Below the pieces are notes generated by a model, which saw nothing but the letters and a program-made list of their open reading frames with translations, had not been told where the DNA came from and searched no databases. Shown here one piece after another: positions 37,573 through 47,698 of a stretch of DNA of 64,000 nt. How positions within the stretch are numbered: the stretch's first letter is position 1; the number at the start of each line of letters is the position of its first letter. Where the stretch lies: contig CALMRZ010000065.1 of assembly GCA_937872225.1 (NCBI GenBank), forward strand, positions 7,007-71,006, given 5' to 3'. Position numbers and translations under genes: made by a program. The DNA comes from an uncultured Spirochaetota bacterium. Its GTDB lineage: Bacteria > Spirochaetota > UBA4802 > UBA5550.

Positions 37573-37785
37573 ATGTCTGAACAAGTAATAGACGCCCGGG
37601 GCCTGTCGTGCCCCCAACCGGTGGTGCTGGTCCGCAAAGCGATCAGCGACGGACGCACGGAATTCAGTATAATCGTCAGCAGCGATGTGGCAAGGGAAAA
37701 CGTTCTGAGGACCCTGAAAAACAGCGGTATGAAGGGGATCGTCAGCAGCAACGGCGATGATATCATCATCAAGGCATCCAGATAA
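37573..37785 (+). CDS. TusA-like sulfurtransferase (YeeD/YedF-like)
   Basis: CPxP motif in DARGLSCPQPVV. 70 aa. An AAGGAGAA RBS precedes. Confidence 0.75.
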   Translation: MSEQVIDARGLSCPQPVVLVRKAISDGRTEFSIIVSSDVARENVLRTLKNSGMKGIVSSNGDDIIIKASR

Positions 37786-37815
37786 ATACATCTAATTAAA
37801 ATCAAGGGAGTAATC

Positions 37816-39087
37816 ATGAGCGGAGAATACGTAAACATGTGGAAAGAACTCGGGCTTGACCTGGAAGCCCACGACCAGTTACTTTCAGTGCTGGGACAGG
37901 CCTATGGCGACATTTTCCTTTCGCAGAAGAACAGGCCTGAAGGAATGAAATACTTCGACTTCGTCGTGTCCGAGGTCCACGGCCTCCGTATTCGGGAGAT
38001 CCTTGAGGAAAAGGCCAAGGGCAACATCATCGTCGGGACCTTCTGCGTATATGTCCCCGAAGAGCTGGTCCTGGCCGTCGGCGGCGTCCAGATCGGCCTC
38101 TGCGCCGGCGCAGAGATAGCCTTTGACAAGGTGGAAGAACATCTCCCTCGGAACACCTGCGCTCTGATCAAGTCGTCCCTGGGCTTCAGGCTGGGCCGCC
38201 TCTGCCCCTACACGGAAGCCTGCGACTTCATAGTTGGAGAAACCACCTGCGACGGCAAGAAGAAAGCCTATGAAATATTCAGCGGCATGAAGGACATGTA
38301 CGTCATGGAAATACCGCAGATGAAAAACGCATCGGACCGCGCCCTGTGGAAAGGCGAGATCGAGCGCTTCAGGGCGGAACTGGAAAAAAGGTCCGGAAGG
38401 AAAATAACGCCGGATTCGCTCCGAAACGGCATCCGGATCGTGAACAATAAACGGGCGGCGCTGCAGCGCCTTGCGGCGATCAGATATCAATACCCCGCCG
38501 TCATTTCCGGCAGAGACGCGCTCCTGATCAACCAGGTATCTTTTTATGACAATCCCGAAAGGTTTACGGACTCCGTTTCAAAGCTTTGCGACGAGCTTGA
38601 GGAGCGGGGAAAAAACAACGTCACCATCGGTAACGACGGAACCAAGAAAATCCTTGTATCCGGCTGTCCCATGGCCGTCCCGAACTGGAAAGTCCCCTTC
38701 GTTATCGAAAGCGGAGGTGCAGTCATTGTGGCCGAGGAGTCCTGCGTCGGGGAACGCAACACGAGAAACGCCGTCAAGGACACCGGCGCCACGGTCGAGC
38801 AGCTCCTCGACAATATCGTCGACCGCTACATGAAGATCAACTGCGCCTGCTTTACTCCCAACAAGGAGCGCATCGAGGACATCAGTTCGATCTACCGGGC
38901 ATCAGGGGCCGACGGCGTCATACATTATTCCCTCCAGTTCTGCACCCCGTACCTCATGGAATCAAAAAAAGTGAAGGACCTGTGCGTGGCCCGGGATATT
39001 CCATACCTCTCCCTGGAAACCGATTATTCCCCCGGAGACATGGAGCAGATCAGGACCAGGGTCGAGGCATTTATTGAAAAAATATAG
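37816..39087 (+). CDS. 2-hydroxyacyl-CoA dehydratase / BcrC-BadD-HgdB family protein
   Basis: VGTFCVYVPEELVLAVGGVQIGLCAGAE and additional conserved Cys (CPYTEACDF, SGCPMA) fit the HgdB/BcrC fold. 423 aa. Confidence 0.55.
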   Translation: MSGEYVNMWKELGLDLEAHDQLLSVLGQAYGDIFLSQKNRPEGMKYFDFVVSEVHGLRIREILEEKAKGNIIVGTFCVYVPEELVLAVGGVQIGLCAGAEIAFDKVEEHLPRNTCALIKSSLGFRLGRLCPYTEACDFIVGETTCDGKKKAYEIFSGMKDMYVMEIPQMKNASDRALWKGEIERFRAELEKRSGRKITPDSLRNGIRIVNNKRAALQRLAAIRYQYPAVISGRDALLINQVSFYDNPERFTDSVSKLCDELEERGKNNVTIGNDGTKKILVSGCPMAVPNWKVPFVIESGGAVIVAEESCVGERNTRNAVKDTGATVEQLLDNIVDRYMKINCACFTPNKERIEDISSIYRASGADGVIHYSLQFCTPYLMESKKVKDLCVARDIPYLSLETDYSPGDMEQIRTRVEAFIEKI

Positions 39088-39106
39088 TTTTCAATAGATA
39101 ACACTG

Positions 39107-39148
39107 ACCGTATCTTCCCATCCGTTTAGGGGAAGATACGGTTTTTTA
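39107..39148 (+). terminator. Rho-independent terminator
   Basis: ACCGTATCTTCCC-atccgttta-GGGGAAGATACGGT followed by TTTTTT. Confidence 0.6.
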
Positions 39149-39191
39149 TCAAGCAGTGCGTATTTACTGGACATCAGGGCGGAAACCATAG

Positions 39192-39407
39192 TTGTATTCA
39201 GTAATTCTTTTTCACTCAACGAATCACGCCATATGGACGGCAAAACTTCTGAAAAAAAAAGGGCTCCCGCACGTCATGATCCCCGTTCCCCGTCACCTCA
39301 GCTCGGATTGCGGATATTGCGTACGGATTAACGAAGAGAACGTCCGGGAAATCGAGGAAACCCTAAAATCATCAGGCGTTGAATATGAAAGTATCCAGCC
39401 ATTCTGA
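39192..39407 (+). CDS. DUF3343-like small protein (putative S/Se carrier often found with YedE/YedF), TTG start
   Basis: (M)YSVILFHSTNHAIWTAKLLKKKGL...SSDCGYCVRI matches the DUF3343 pattern (conserved Cys late in the protein). Confidence 0.5.
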   Translation: MYSVILFHSTNHAIWTAKLLKKKGLPHVMIPVPRHLSSDCGYCVRINEENVREIEETLKSSGVEYESIQPF

Positions 39408-39439
39408 CCCACGGCCGTACTGATGGCAGTGAAAACAGG

Positions 39440-39850
39440 CTACTTCTTGGGAATAACCAGCACCGGCACGGAAATTGAATCGATAATATTGACATCGGAA
39501 CTGTCAAAAAGCATTGAATAAAGCTTGTTTCTGATCTTGTGACCCGTCACGATCAGGTCTATATTGTTTTTTTTGCAGTATTCCTGAATCTCCTGTTCAA
39601 GTTTCCCCTTTGACACGGCATAGGTCACATTCAAACCGCCCAGCAATTCAGCAGGCGCCACTTCCTGCACCTTCAGGGCCACGGCGTCTTCCTTGTCAGC
39701 GGGGTACCGATACCCTGCGCCCTCGTCATTGACGTATAGGATATGCACCGTGCAGTTAAGGATGCGGGCGAGTTCCAGGACCTTGACAACGGTTGTTATG
39801 TTCTTTGAATTCAGATTGATCGGGTAGAGAATATTCTTGAACTCCAGCAT
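39440..39850 (-). CDS. Universal stress protein (UspA family)
   Basis: ILYPINLS...HILYV...DLIVTGHK...VPVLVIP is the typical Usp fold pattern. Confidence 0.7.
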   Translation of the reverse strand: MLEFKNILYPINLNSKNITTVVKVLELARILNCTVHILYVNDEGAGYRYPADKEDAVALKVQEVAPAELLGGLNVTYAVSKGKLEQEIQEYCKKNNIDLIVTGHKIRNKLYSMLFDSSDVNIIDSISVPVLVIPKK

Positions 39851-40128
39851 AGGCCCCTCCTGACGTAGTTACTTATGTATTCCGGCTATTGCGAAATATG
39901 TCAATTCATATTTCGCCGATTCGCGGCGGACCGGCCAGACCGGCCAGTGCTTTCTTCCGGCGAAAGTCGCGTGGCTCCGACAAGTTCCAGAATAATATTC
40001 TGCATCTATTCGAATATAATTCACCATATAGACACTATTATTGAATCATATTCCCGGAAGAATATGCGCTATGACCGTGATATCATTTGCCCAAACACCT
40101 GCTTTCAGTGCCATGGAGGCGTTATTTC

Positions 40129-41538
40129 ATGAAAAAGATACTCTTTATCAATCCGACCATAAACAACACGGTCTTCGGAAAAATGAAGATGCTGGCCCTT
40201 CCCCCCATGGGGTTGGGTGTTCTGGCGAGCAGGACGCCGGAGCGCTATTCCGTTGCAGTCATCGATGAAAATGTCGACACCCTGGACACCGGCGCGGACG
40301 CGGACCTGGTGGCGGTCACCGCCACCACCGGCCAGGCCCCGCGGGCCTACCAGATCCTTCATGAATTCAGGAGGCGGGGCATCCCGACTGTCATGGGAGG
40401 CATCCACGCTTCGGTCCTGTCCGGCGAAGCTGCCCGCCATGCCGACACGGTCGTCACCGGTGAGGCCGACGAACTGTGGCCCCGCGTACTGGATGATTAC
40501 GAGAAGAACAATCTGAAAAAGGTGTACGCCGCGGAAACGAGGCCGGGCCTTGAGAATATTCCAAAGATCGACCGGAGCATATATTCCAGTAAATACATGG
40601 TCCATTCCGTGCAGACGTCCCGGGGCTGTCCCTGCAACTGCAGTTTCTGCTCCGTGACGAAATTCAATGGGAGCAGGTACCGCTTCAGGACCCTGGACCA
40701 GGTCGTCGAGGAAATCGAAGGGCTTGAGGACCAACGGTTTTTCATCGCCGATGACAGCATCGTGGGCCTGGGCAACGACGGCATCGCCCACGCAAAAAAT
40801 CTCTTTGCCAGGCTGAAAGGCCTGGGAAAGTCATGGGGGTCCCAGGTCTGCATAACCATAGCGGAACATGACGACCTGCTCCGCGACGCCGCCGAGGCAG
40901 GGGCCAACACGTTCTACATAGGATTCGAATCCATAGACGCGGAAGCGCTCAAGTCGGTAAACAAGAAGATCAACCTGCGCCCCATAATCCGCAACTACAA
41001 GAAGACGATTAGAAAATTCCACGACCACGGGATCGGAGTCATTGGAGGGTTCATACTCGGCACCGACGCGGACACGAAGGACGTATTCGACAAGACCATA
41101 GAGTTCATCCACGAGACCGGCATAGACGGGAGCCAGTTTACCATCATGACCCCCTTCCCCGGCACCCGCCTCTACGAACAGATGAAAAAAGAAGACCGCC
41201 TCCTCTATACCGACTACCCGAAAGACTGGGTGCGGTACAACGCCTACGAGGCTGTCATACGGCCCCGCAACATGACCGTGGACGAGCTCATCAGGGGATG
41301 GCGCAGGGTGTATGATGAAACGTCATCTCCGCTGAATTCGATTAAGAGAGGTTTCAGGACCCTGGTGAACACGGGCAGCCTCGTCAATGCGTCGATCAAC
41401 CTTTTCTGGAATTATTACAACTACCGGGCGATACAGCACGCCAACAAACTGGAACGGGTTCCTGTTCCCGATGCCGGCGCCCGGCCCTGGGTCAAAGCCG
41501 TTCCTGGTCAATACTGCGGCGATAATCCGCCGGAGTGA
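40129..41538 (+). CDS. B12-binding-domain radical SAM protein (start taken at MKKILFIN)
   Basis: N-terminal B12-binding Rossmann-like region (LFINPT...LGVLAS), then CPCNCSFC (CxxxCxxC). A GGAGG RBS lies 10 nt upstream of the 40129 ATG. Confidence 0.75.
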   Translation: MKKILFINPTINNTVFGKMKMLALPPMGLGVLASRTPERYSVAVIDENVDTLDTGADADLVAVTATTGQAPRAYQILHEFRRRGIPTVMGGIHASVLSGEAARHADTVVTGEADELWPRVLDDYEKNNLKKVYAAETRPGLENIPKIDRSIYSSKYMVHSVQTSRGCPCNCSFCSVTKFNGSRYRFRTLDQVVEEIEGLEDQRFFIADDSIVGLGNDGIAHAKNLFARLKGLGKSWGSQVCITIAEHDDLLRDAAEAGANTFYIGFESIDAEALKSVNKKINLRPIIRNYKKTIRKFHDHGIGVIGGFILGTDADTKDVFDKTIEFIHETGIDGSQFTIMTPFPGTRLYEQMKKEDRLLYTDYPKDWVRYNAYEAVIRPRNMTVDELIRGWRRVYDETSSPLNSIKRGFRTLVNTGSLVNASINLFWNYYNYRAIQHANKLERVPVPDAGARPWVKAVPGQYCGDNPPE

Positions 41539-42580
41539 TGCCGGTCATCTTCTTGAAGGTGGCATGGAACGCCGAATAGGAATTGAACCCCACGGCAAAG
41601 GCGATCGATATGATCTGCCTGTCCGGTTCATCCAGGAGCATCTTCTTCGCCTCCTCGATGCGGTAGCCGTTGACGAAATTGTTGAAGTTCTTCTCGTGAT
41701 AGGTGTTGAGGAACTGCGAAAGCTGGGTTTTCGTCAGCTGCAGGGCCTCGCTGAGTCGTCCCAGGGACAGGTCCTCATCGCAGAAGAGCTTTTCCTCCTC
41801 CATGATTATCCTCAACTGCCGGTCAATGCCCTTCTGGTCGACCTTGTCAAGGTATGATTTCGCGTATTTCTTTTTTTTGGGCGGGATCGTGCCGAACTGC
41901 ATCAGGTAGGGATACCTGATCGATATCAGGTAAAATCCTATGACGATGAGGCTTATGATGATGCTGTCCAGGGCCAGGAGCGTCTCGGAAAGGGTGACGG
42001 AGCCGGCTATGCCTACGATTCCCAGGAAGAGCCAGATGATGAGGAGCGTGATGAGAAAGATCAGGGGCTGATACGCCAGGTTTTCACTCGGTCTGCGGAA
42101 CCATATCTGCCATATCGAAAGCGATATGTAAAAAATCGGCAGGACCACGGCGGCGATGGCGGAAACCAGGATCTGGATGAACTTGTAGTCCTCCTGGAGG
42201 AGGAACATCCTCACCAGTTCCCGCTTCTCATCAACCGAGACGAAGCCGAAGGGTATCATGATGATCACGACGATCATCATGGGGATGAAATTCAATATGT
42301 CATAGTAGTACAATTTCTGCTTGTTCTTGATGAAGCTCAGCACGTAAAGATACAGGAGCGGTCCGATGCTCATCTCGATGGGGAGCAGGATAAGAAAGTA
42401 TCCCGGGTACTGCAGGATCAGCTTCGTGTGGAGCATGTATATGAAGAGCGTGAGATAGCCCAGTTCGGCGATGAAGATCGCCAGGACCACGTTCCTGAAG
42501 CGCCAGGGCCTGATGAGGAGGCCGATCGCCATGAGAAAGCTCAGGAAAATGGTCGAATGAATGATCAGGGAGAGATCCAT
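41492..42580 (-). CDS. AraC-family transcriptional regulator with N-terminal multi-TM domain
   Basis: About 7 TM helices, then the AraC HTH (LSEALQLTKTQLSQFLN...IAFAVGFNSYSAFHATFKKMTGITPADYRR). Confidence 0.75.
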   Translation of the reverse strand: MDLSLIIHSTIFLSFLMAIGLLIRPWRFRNVVLAIFIAELGYLTLFIYMLHTKLILQYPGYFLILLPIEMSIGPLLYLYVLSFIKNKQKLYYYDILNFIPMMIVVIIMIPFGFVSVDEKRELVRMFLLQEDYKFIQILVSAIAAVVLPIFYISLSIWQIWFRRPSENLAYQPLIFLITLLIIWLFLGIVGIAGSVTLSETLLALDSIIISLIVIGFYLISIRYPYLMQFGTIPPKKKKYAKSYLDKVDQKGIDRQLRIIMEEEKLFCDEDLSLGRLSEALQLTKTQLSQFLNTYHEKNFNNFVNGYRIEEAKKMLLDEPDRQIISIAFAVGFNSYSAFHATFKKMTGITPADYRRSIDQERL

Positions 42581-42778
42581 AGTCTTCGAATCACCACGAC
42601 AGATCGGTATAGCGTTGCGTAATTATTCCGTCAGCAGGACATAACAAAGACACAGAGATCGGCTGATGTCAAGAGGATTATTGCGGTTCCCGCGTCGCAG
42701 GCGTGCCGAAATAATCCCTTGACAAGTATCCCGCCGGCTGTTTTCATTGAGACGCGGAACGACAGAAGATACCAAGCC

Positions 42779-43033
42779 ATGAATGAATCACATGATGCCA
42801 ACACGTCATACTGCCGCATGCTGGGACACCACGTGCCCTTCAAGTACTGCCGCACCGTTAACGACAGCCTGCCCTGCCGGAAGATAAAGGACTGCTGGTT
42901 TGAGCGGATGGATATTGAACATTTCATCGGAGAAAATTATACCGATGACGAAACAGGGCGGATCTTCGCCGCTCCGTCCCAGAAAATTACCGCGCTGATC
43001 GATCTCATAAACAAAGTAAAGAACAACACGTAA
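42779..43033 (+). CDS. Hypothetical Cys-rich small protein (start taken at MNESHD)
   Basis: YCRMLGHHVPFKYCRTVNDSLPCRKIKDCW. Divergent from the AraC gene. Confidence 0.35.
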   Translation: MNESHDANTSYCRMLGHHVPFKYCRTVNDSLPCRKIKDCWFERMDIEHFIGENYTDDETGRIFAAPSQKITALIDLINKVKNNT

Positions 43034-43251
43034 ACATCATTTCTTGATTCAGATATACGGTGGCATGTGGCGGCAATGACTTCTTTAAATTCTGCTGCAT
43101 GAACATCTCAAACTGTTTCACAATAATAATACCGGCTCATTGCCAAAATTTTTTAATTACGATATGAAAATTGAAAAATCTCCTTGAAAAACATTGATAT
43201 TTTAGTGTTTTATTATTTTATTATATTTAGCAATACATAGGATACCGAATC

Positions 43252-43404
43252 ATGAAGAAAGTATTAATTCTGGGGGGCGGTTTCCCGGGCCAGGTTTTCT
43301 ATGCCATAACAGTAGGCAATCCCGATTTTTTTTATAGTTCTGCATCTCGCAGAACTGCGCAATCTCTTCAAGACGGGATAACGTTCCCGCCCTGCCGCCG
43401 CTGA
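43252..43404 (+). pseudogene. N-terminal stub of an FAD/NAD(P)-binding oxidoreductase (MKKVLILGGGFPG...), terminated after ~50 codons, right after a T8 homopolymer
   Basis: GxGxxG Rossmann start with an AGGA RBS. The frame is lost after GATTTTTTTTATAG. The antisense 64-aa ORF at 43264-43458 is rejected. Confidence 0.3.
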
Positions 43405-43483
43405 CAAGGCCGTCGGCGTGCCGATAGATGCGCCTGGCATCCTCGCCCCTGTATACATCGAGGAGACCTTCCCTGATGCCGGC

Positions 43484-43750
43484 TCACCCGCCTAACGCAA
43501 CATCAATCCAGGTAATGGCTTCATGGGGGCACGCGGATATGCATCTGCCGCAGGCGTCACAGAGTTCGTAATCGAACACTATGCATTCCGGGCTGCAGGG
43601 TACGTCCATGGCAATGCAGTATTTGATGCATTTCGCGCAGCAGTTGCCGGAAGATTCATAAATCGCCTTTAGCGGACAGGCCTCAATGCATAGGTTGCAC
43701 TTTTTGCATTTTTTCGCATCTACCGCCGGCAGTCTTCTTTCAGCCTTCAT
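43484..43750 (-). CDS. 2x[4Fe-4S] ferredoxin
   Basis: CKKCNLCIEACP and CDACGRCISACP motifs. Confidence 0.7.
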   Translation of the reverse strand: MKAERRLPAVDAKKCKKCNLCIEACPLKAIYESSGNCCAKCIKYCIAMDVPCSPECIVFDYELCDACGRCISACPHEAITWIDVALGG

Positions 43751-44102
43751 GGCACCCGTGCTCGTGGGCGTGGCAGGAAATTCCTGAATCCTGAAGCGTG
43801 CCGGCGAGCCACTGCTCCGCTACCTTTTTAACGTCACCGGAGCATCCGCGGAGGACCCTGATGCCGTGGCTGTTGAGGACGTTTACCGCGCCCTCGCCCA
43901 TGTTCCCGGCGAGCATCATGGTAACTCCCATCTGCGACAGGGTATGCGCGATATCGGACTTGCATCCGCATCCTGCCGGCGACATGACCTTTTCTTCATT
44001 AACAATCTCATTGTTTTCATTGGTGGTGAATACGGTGAAATATTCACAATGCCCGAAATGAGCATCGACGTTGTTCCGGTTTGATGGCAGTGCTATCTTC
44101 AT
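43740..44102 (-). CDS. NifX/NifB-C-terminal-like dinitrogenase FeMo-cofactor-binding-domain protein
   Basis: MKIALPSN...DAHFGHCEYFTVF matches the family start (MKIA.p...v..HFG.a..f). Confidence 0.65.
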   Translation of the reverse strand: MKIALPSNRNNVDAHFGHCEYFTVFTTNENNEIVNEEKVMSPAGCGCKSDIAHTLSQMGVTMMLAGNMGEGAVNVLNSHGIRVLRGCSGDVKKVAEQWLAGTLQDSGISCHAHEHGCHEG

Positions 44103-44341
44103 GTAAAACTCCTTATAAATTTAAACATTGATGGTTACTGCGTCATGGTACATTCAATTTTGGGCATATGCCCATAATCTGTCAAGAGGAAAATTTCTTC
44201 TTGAATTTCAAAGAGATTGACATAGTATATATCAATATTTATTAGTGTTTACAAAAAATAGTAGAAACAACTAATTTAATTTGTTTAGTATATCACAACC
44301 TCTAAAGCAGACCTTGGGAACACACATGAAAAGGATTTGTC

Positions 44342-45151
44342 ATGGATAAATCAGTGATTTTTGCCTTTGCCCTGACAATAATTGCCGGATTATCCACGGG
44401 GATCGGCAGCATTTTCGCGTTTTTCACCAGGCGGACCAACACGAAATTCCTCGCCGTGGCCCTCGGTTTTTCCGCCGGCGTGATGATTTACGTTTCTTTC
44501 GTCGACATATTCATGGAGGCAAAGGACCTGCTGGTCATAGAGCTGGGCAAACAAGGCGGCATGTGGGCCACCGTGGGCGCCTTTTTCGGCGGCATATTTA
44601 TCATCGCCCTGATCGATTATCTGGTTCCATCCTACGAGAACCCCCATGAGTCGCACATGGTGGAGGAGATCGGCGCCTGCGAAACCATCCCGGTCAACGG
44701 GAAGCTTTTCAGGTCGGGCCTGCTGGTTGCGGCGGCGATCACCATCCACAACTTCCCGGAAGGGATCGCCACCTTCACCATGGCCCTGAAAAACCCGTCG
44801 GTAGGCATAGCCATCGCCTTCGCCATAGCAGTTCACAACATCCCGGAGGGCATAGCCGTCTCCATTCCGGTTTTCTGCGCAACGGGCAAGCGGAAAAAGG
44901 CCTTTTTTCTATCACTCCTTTCAGGTTTCGCCGAACCATTGGGGGCGCTCCTGGCATACATCATCCTTTTGCCATTTTTAAACAACTTCATACTGGGCAT
45001 CGTTTTCGCCTCTGTGGCCGGAATCATGATCTACATATCCTTCGATGAACTGCTTCCGGCCTCGCGTGAATACGGCGAGCATCACCTTTCGATGTATGGC
45101 CTGATAGCGGGTATGATCATCATGTCTGTCAGTCTTGTATTGTTGGGATAG
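44342..45151 (+). CDS. zupT: ZIP-family zinc transporter ZupT
   Basis: Two HNxPEG signatures (HNFPEGIA, HNIPEGIA). 8 TM. 269 aa. Confidence 0.85.
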   Translation: MDKSVIFAFALTIIAGLSTGIGSIFAFFTRRTNTKFLAVALGFSAGVMIYVSFVDIFMEAKDLLVIELGKQGGMWATVGAFFGGIFIIALIDYLVPSYENPHESHMVEEIGACETIPVNGKLFRSGLLVAAAITIHNFPEGIATFTMALKNPSVGIAIAFAIAVHNIPEGIAVSIPVFCATGKRKKAFFLSLLSGFAEPLGALLAYIILLPFLNNFILGIVFASVAGIMIYISFDELLPASREYGEHHLSMYGLIAGMIIMSVSLVLLG

Positions 45152-45293
45152 GTTTGAGCATGCACTGCCCGCATATATTGATGGTTAACGGCGCAGTGAA
45201 AGAACAGCCCTTTCCGCCTATTTCCCGATTTTATCATGGCAGCCCATGGTCTTTTCCTGTACAGGAAAAGACCATGGGCTATAGTTTTGTACA

Positions 45294-46610
45294 ATGAATA
45301 ACAGCGGAGAAAAAAATATCATCCTCAACAGCATCGCCGACGGGGTCTTCACCGTTGATATGGATTTCCGGATCACCTCCATGAACCGAGCAGCGGAGGC
45401 TATTCTGGGAATTGAAGAAAAAGACGCCGTGGGGAGGCTCTGCTTTGAAATTTTCCATGCCAACATCTGCGAGCATTCCTGCGCTTTGAAAGAAACGTTG
45501 GACACCGGCAATAATATAATCAATAAAACGATATATATCGTCAATTCCGGCGGGGAGAGGGTCCCCATCAGCGTAAGCACCGCGCTTTTAAAAAATGGGA
45601 AAGGCGATGTAATCGGCGGTGTCGAGACATTCCGCGATATCACCGCTATAGAAACACTCCGCAAGGAAATCGAATCGAGCTACACCTTCGAGGACATTGT
45701 CAGCAAAAACAAAGTCATGCGCGAGCTGTTCGGCATTCTCCCCGACATCGCGACAAGCGACAGCTCGGTCCTCATAGAAGGCTCCAGCGGCACCGGGAAA
45801 GAACTTATCGCCCGGGCCATCCATTCGTTGAGCAATAGAAAGACAAAACCCCTGGTCGTCATCAACTGCGCCGCGGTCCCCGACAATCTCCTTGAATCGG
45901 AATTATTCGGCTACAAGGCGGGCGCCTTCACCGACGCGAAAAAAGACAAGCCGGGAAAAATAGCCCTGGCCGAGGGAGGCACGCTATTTCTCGACGAGAT
46001 AGGCGAAATATCGCCCGCAATCCAGGTCAAGCTCCTCCGCTTCATCCAGGAGCGCGAATACGAGCCGCTGGGCGGCGTTTCCACCGTTAAATCCAATGTA
46101 CGAATAATCGCGGCCACGAATAAAATACTCACGGAAGAAGTCCGCGGCGGCAATTTCAGGGAAGACCTCTATTATCGGATCAACGTTATCAATATAAGAC
46201 TTCCTGCCTTGAGAGAACGAAAAGAGGACATCCCCTTCCTTATCAAACATTTTATCCACAAGTTTAATGTCCTCAAGGGCAAAAATATCGAGGGCGTGAG
46301 CGATGATGTCATGAACATACTCATGAACCATGACTATCCCGGCAATATCCGCGAGCTGGAAAATATTATCGAGCATGCCTTCGTCCTCTGCCGTGAACCA
46401 TATATCCGTCAGCTGCATCTTCCCAACCATTTTAAAAATATCGTAACGCCGCTTCACGACAATTTGACCCTCGAAGAAATGGAGCGAATTTATATACTCA
46501 AAGCGCTGGAAAAAAATTCATGGAACAGAAAGAATACGGCTAAAGACCTCGGCATTGACACAACCACACTCTGGCGGAAGATAAAAAATCTCAAGATTGC
46601 TAAAGAATAA
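45294..46610 (+). CDS. Sigma-54-dependent transcriptional activator (PAS sensor, AAA+ sigma-54 interaction domain, Fis-type HTH)
   Basis: Walker A GSSGTGKE, GAFTDA (GAFTGA variant), ESELFGY, and the C-terminal HTH NTAKDLGIDTTTLWRKI. Confidence 0.85.
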   Translation: MNNSGEKNIILNSIADGVFTVDMDFRITSMNRAAEAILGIEEKDAVGRLCFEIFHANICEHSCALKETLDTGNNIINKTIYIVNSGGERVPISVSTALLKNGKGDVIGGVETFRDITAIETLRKEIESSYTFEDIVSKNKVMRELFGILPDIATSDSSVLIEGSSGTGKELIARAIHSLSNRKTKPLVVINCAAVPDNLLESELFGYKAGAFTDAKKDKPGKIALAEGGTLFLDEIGEISPAIQVKLLRFIQEREYEPLGGVSTVKSNVRIIAATNKILTEEVRGGNFREDLYYRINVINIRLPALRERKEDIPFLIKHFIHKFNVLKGKNIEGVSDDVMNILMNHDYPGNIRELENIIEHAFVLCREPYIRQLHLPNHFKNIVTPLHDNLTLEEMERIYILKALEKNSWNRKNTAKDLGIDTTTLWRKIKNLKIAKE

Positions 46611-46615
46611 CCGGG

Positions 46616-46664
46616 CATTGCGAAATGCAATACTTAACATGTAATCACATTGCACTTTGCAATA
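46616..46664. promoter_or_regulatory. Two palindromic sites, CATTGCgaaaTGCAAT and ATTGCActtTGCAAT, about 190-235 bp upstream of the sigma-54 promoter; candidate enhancer-binding (UAS) sites
   Basis: Inverted repeats ATTGC-N4/5-GCAAT read directly. Their position is appropriate for bacterial enhancer-binding-protein sites. Confidence 0.35.
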
Positions 46665-46852
46665 ATTATAGTGTCATTCAAACATCACCGAGAACCATTA
46701 ACCGGTAATCAAGACTTCCAGAAAATTTTTTTTCACTCCAGCAGGCAATCTACCTTCCTGTTTATATAAAAACCCCGAAGAATATGCGTTTATTCAATGA
46801 AATCATTTTTACAGATGAGCTGATTGCATATTTATAACAAAAATTCATTCCC

Positions 46853-46868
46853 TGGCATGATAGTTGCT
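46853..46868 (+). promoter_or_regulatory. Sigma-54 (-24/-12) promoter TGGCATgatagTTGCT
   Basis: GG and GC sit at canonical spacing (consensus TGGCAC-N5-TTGCA). It lies about 12 nt upstream of the first ATG of the 46881 operon, so there would be a very short or no leader, which adds some uncertainty. Confidence 0.5.
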
Positions 46869-46880
46869 TTATAGTATAGC

Positions 46881-47303
46881 ATGAAGAACGAATTGATAGC
46901 GGTACCGGTATTCCAGGAACGTGTGTCTCCGCTGATGGATGTATCCAACAGATACATGATTTATGAAACGGAAGACGGCAGGATCAAACAGAGGATCGCC
47001 ATATCTCTGAACGCTGACGGTGAATCCCAGCGGGTGGAAAAGCTGAAAGAAATCGGCGTTAACACGATCATCTGCGGAGCGGTGAGCGGCTACATAGCTC
47101 ATCTCGTTAGTGATAGGGGAATGCGCCTACTCTCTATGATATACGGCCCCATTGACGAAATCATAACGAATTATCTTCAAAACACCCTCGGTTCATACTG
47201 CTCTGGCGGGGGGTGCAACGGCCGTAAAAGACAACGGCGTGGCCAATGCGGCAGGGATTCCGGGAGGGCGCGTCAAAAAAATGCAAGCGGGGAAAGAAAA
47301 TGA
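46881..47303 (+). CDS. NifX/NafY-like FeMo-cofactor-binding-domain protein
   Basis: MKNELIAVPVFQERVSPLMD...RYMIYETEDGRI...IICGAVSG is the family pattern. The Gly/Arg-rich C-terminal tail may reflect a frame problem or an overlap with the next gene. Confidence 0.55.
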   Translation: MKNELIAVPVFQERVSPLMDVSNRYMIYETEDGRIKQRIAISLNADGESQRVEKLKEIGVNTIICGAVSGYIAHLVSDRGMRLLSMIYGPIDEIITNYLQNTLGSYCSGGGCNGRKRQRRGQCGRDSGRARQKNASGERK

Positions 47304-47659
47304 AATTAGCGGTGTCAACCGGCGGGAAAAATCTTAATGCGCCAATGGACGAGCGGTTCGGCCGCGCCGTCGGATTTATTATTTTCGATACATCGACCGG
47401 TTCCTATGAATATATCGATAACGAAAAGAACATGGATTCCGCCCAGGGAGCGGGCATCCAGTCGGCGAAAACGGTCATCGATGCCGGCGCGGCAATCCTC
47501 ATCACAGGCAACGTCGGCCCCAAGGCGTATGCCGCCTTGGCCACCGCGGGAATCGAAATATATCTCAAGAACGGAGGTACGGTGGGCGAAGCGATTGAGG
47601 CGTATCGTTCCGGCTCACTGTCAAATACGCCGGAGGCGAACGTTGAGGGCCACTGGTGA
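47300..47659 (+). CDS. NifX/NafY-like FeMo-cofactor-binding-domain protein (start taken at MKLAVSTGG)
   Basis: MKLAVSTGGKNLNAPMDERFGRAVGFIIFD...ILITGNVGPKA. Confidence 0.65.
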   Translation: MKLAVSTGGKNLNAPMDERFGRAVGFIIFDTSTGSYEYIDNEKNMDSAQGAGIQSAKTVIDAGAAILITGNVGPKAYAALATAGIEIYLKNGGTVGEAIEAYRSGSLSNTPEANVEGHW

Positions 47660-47698
47660 GTACTGTTTCAAATCTGGTGTTCATATAAGGAGGCGTAT

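Noticed and set aside
44150-44340. Possible Zur/Fur-type operator upstream of zupT (AT-rich, partial dyad TAGTGTTTAC...GAAACAACTA)
   Set aside because: The inverted repeat is too imperfect to call without a position weight matrix. Left as unassigned promoter region.
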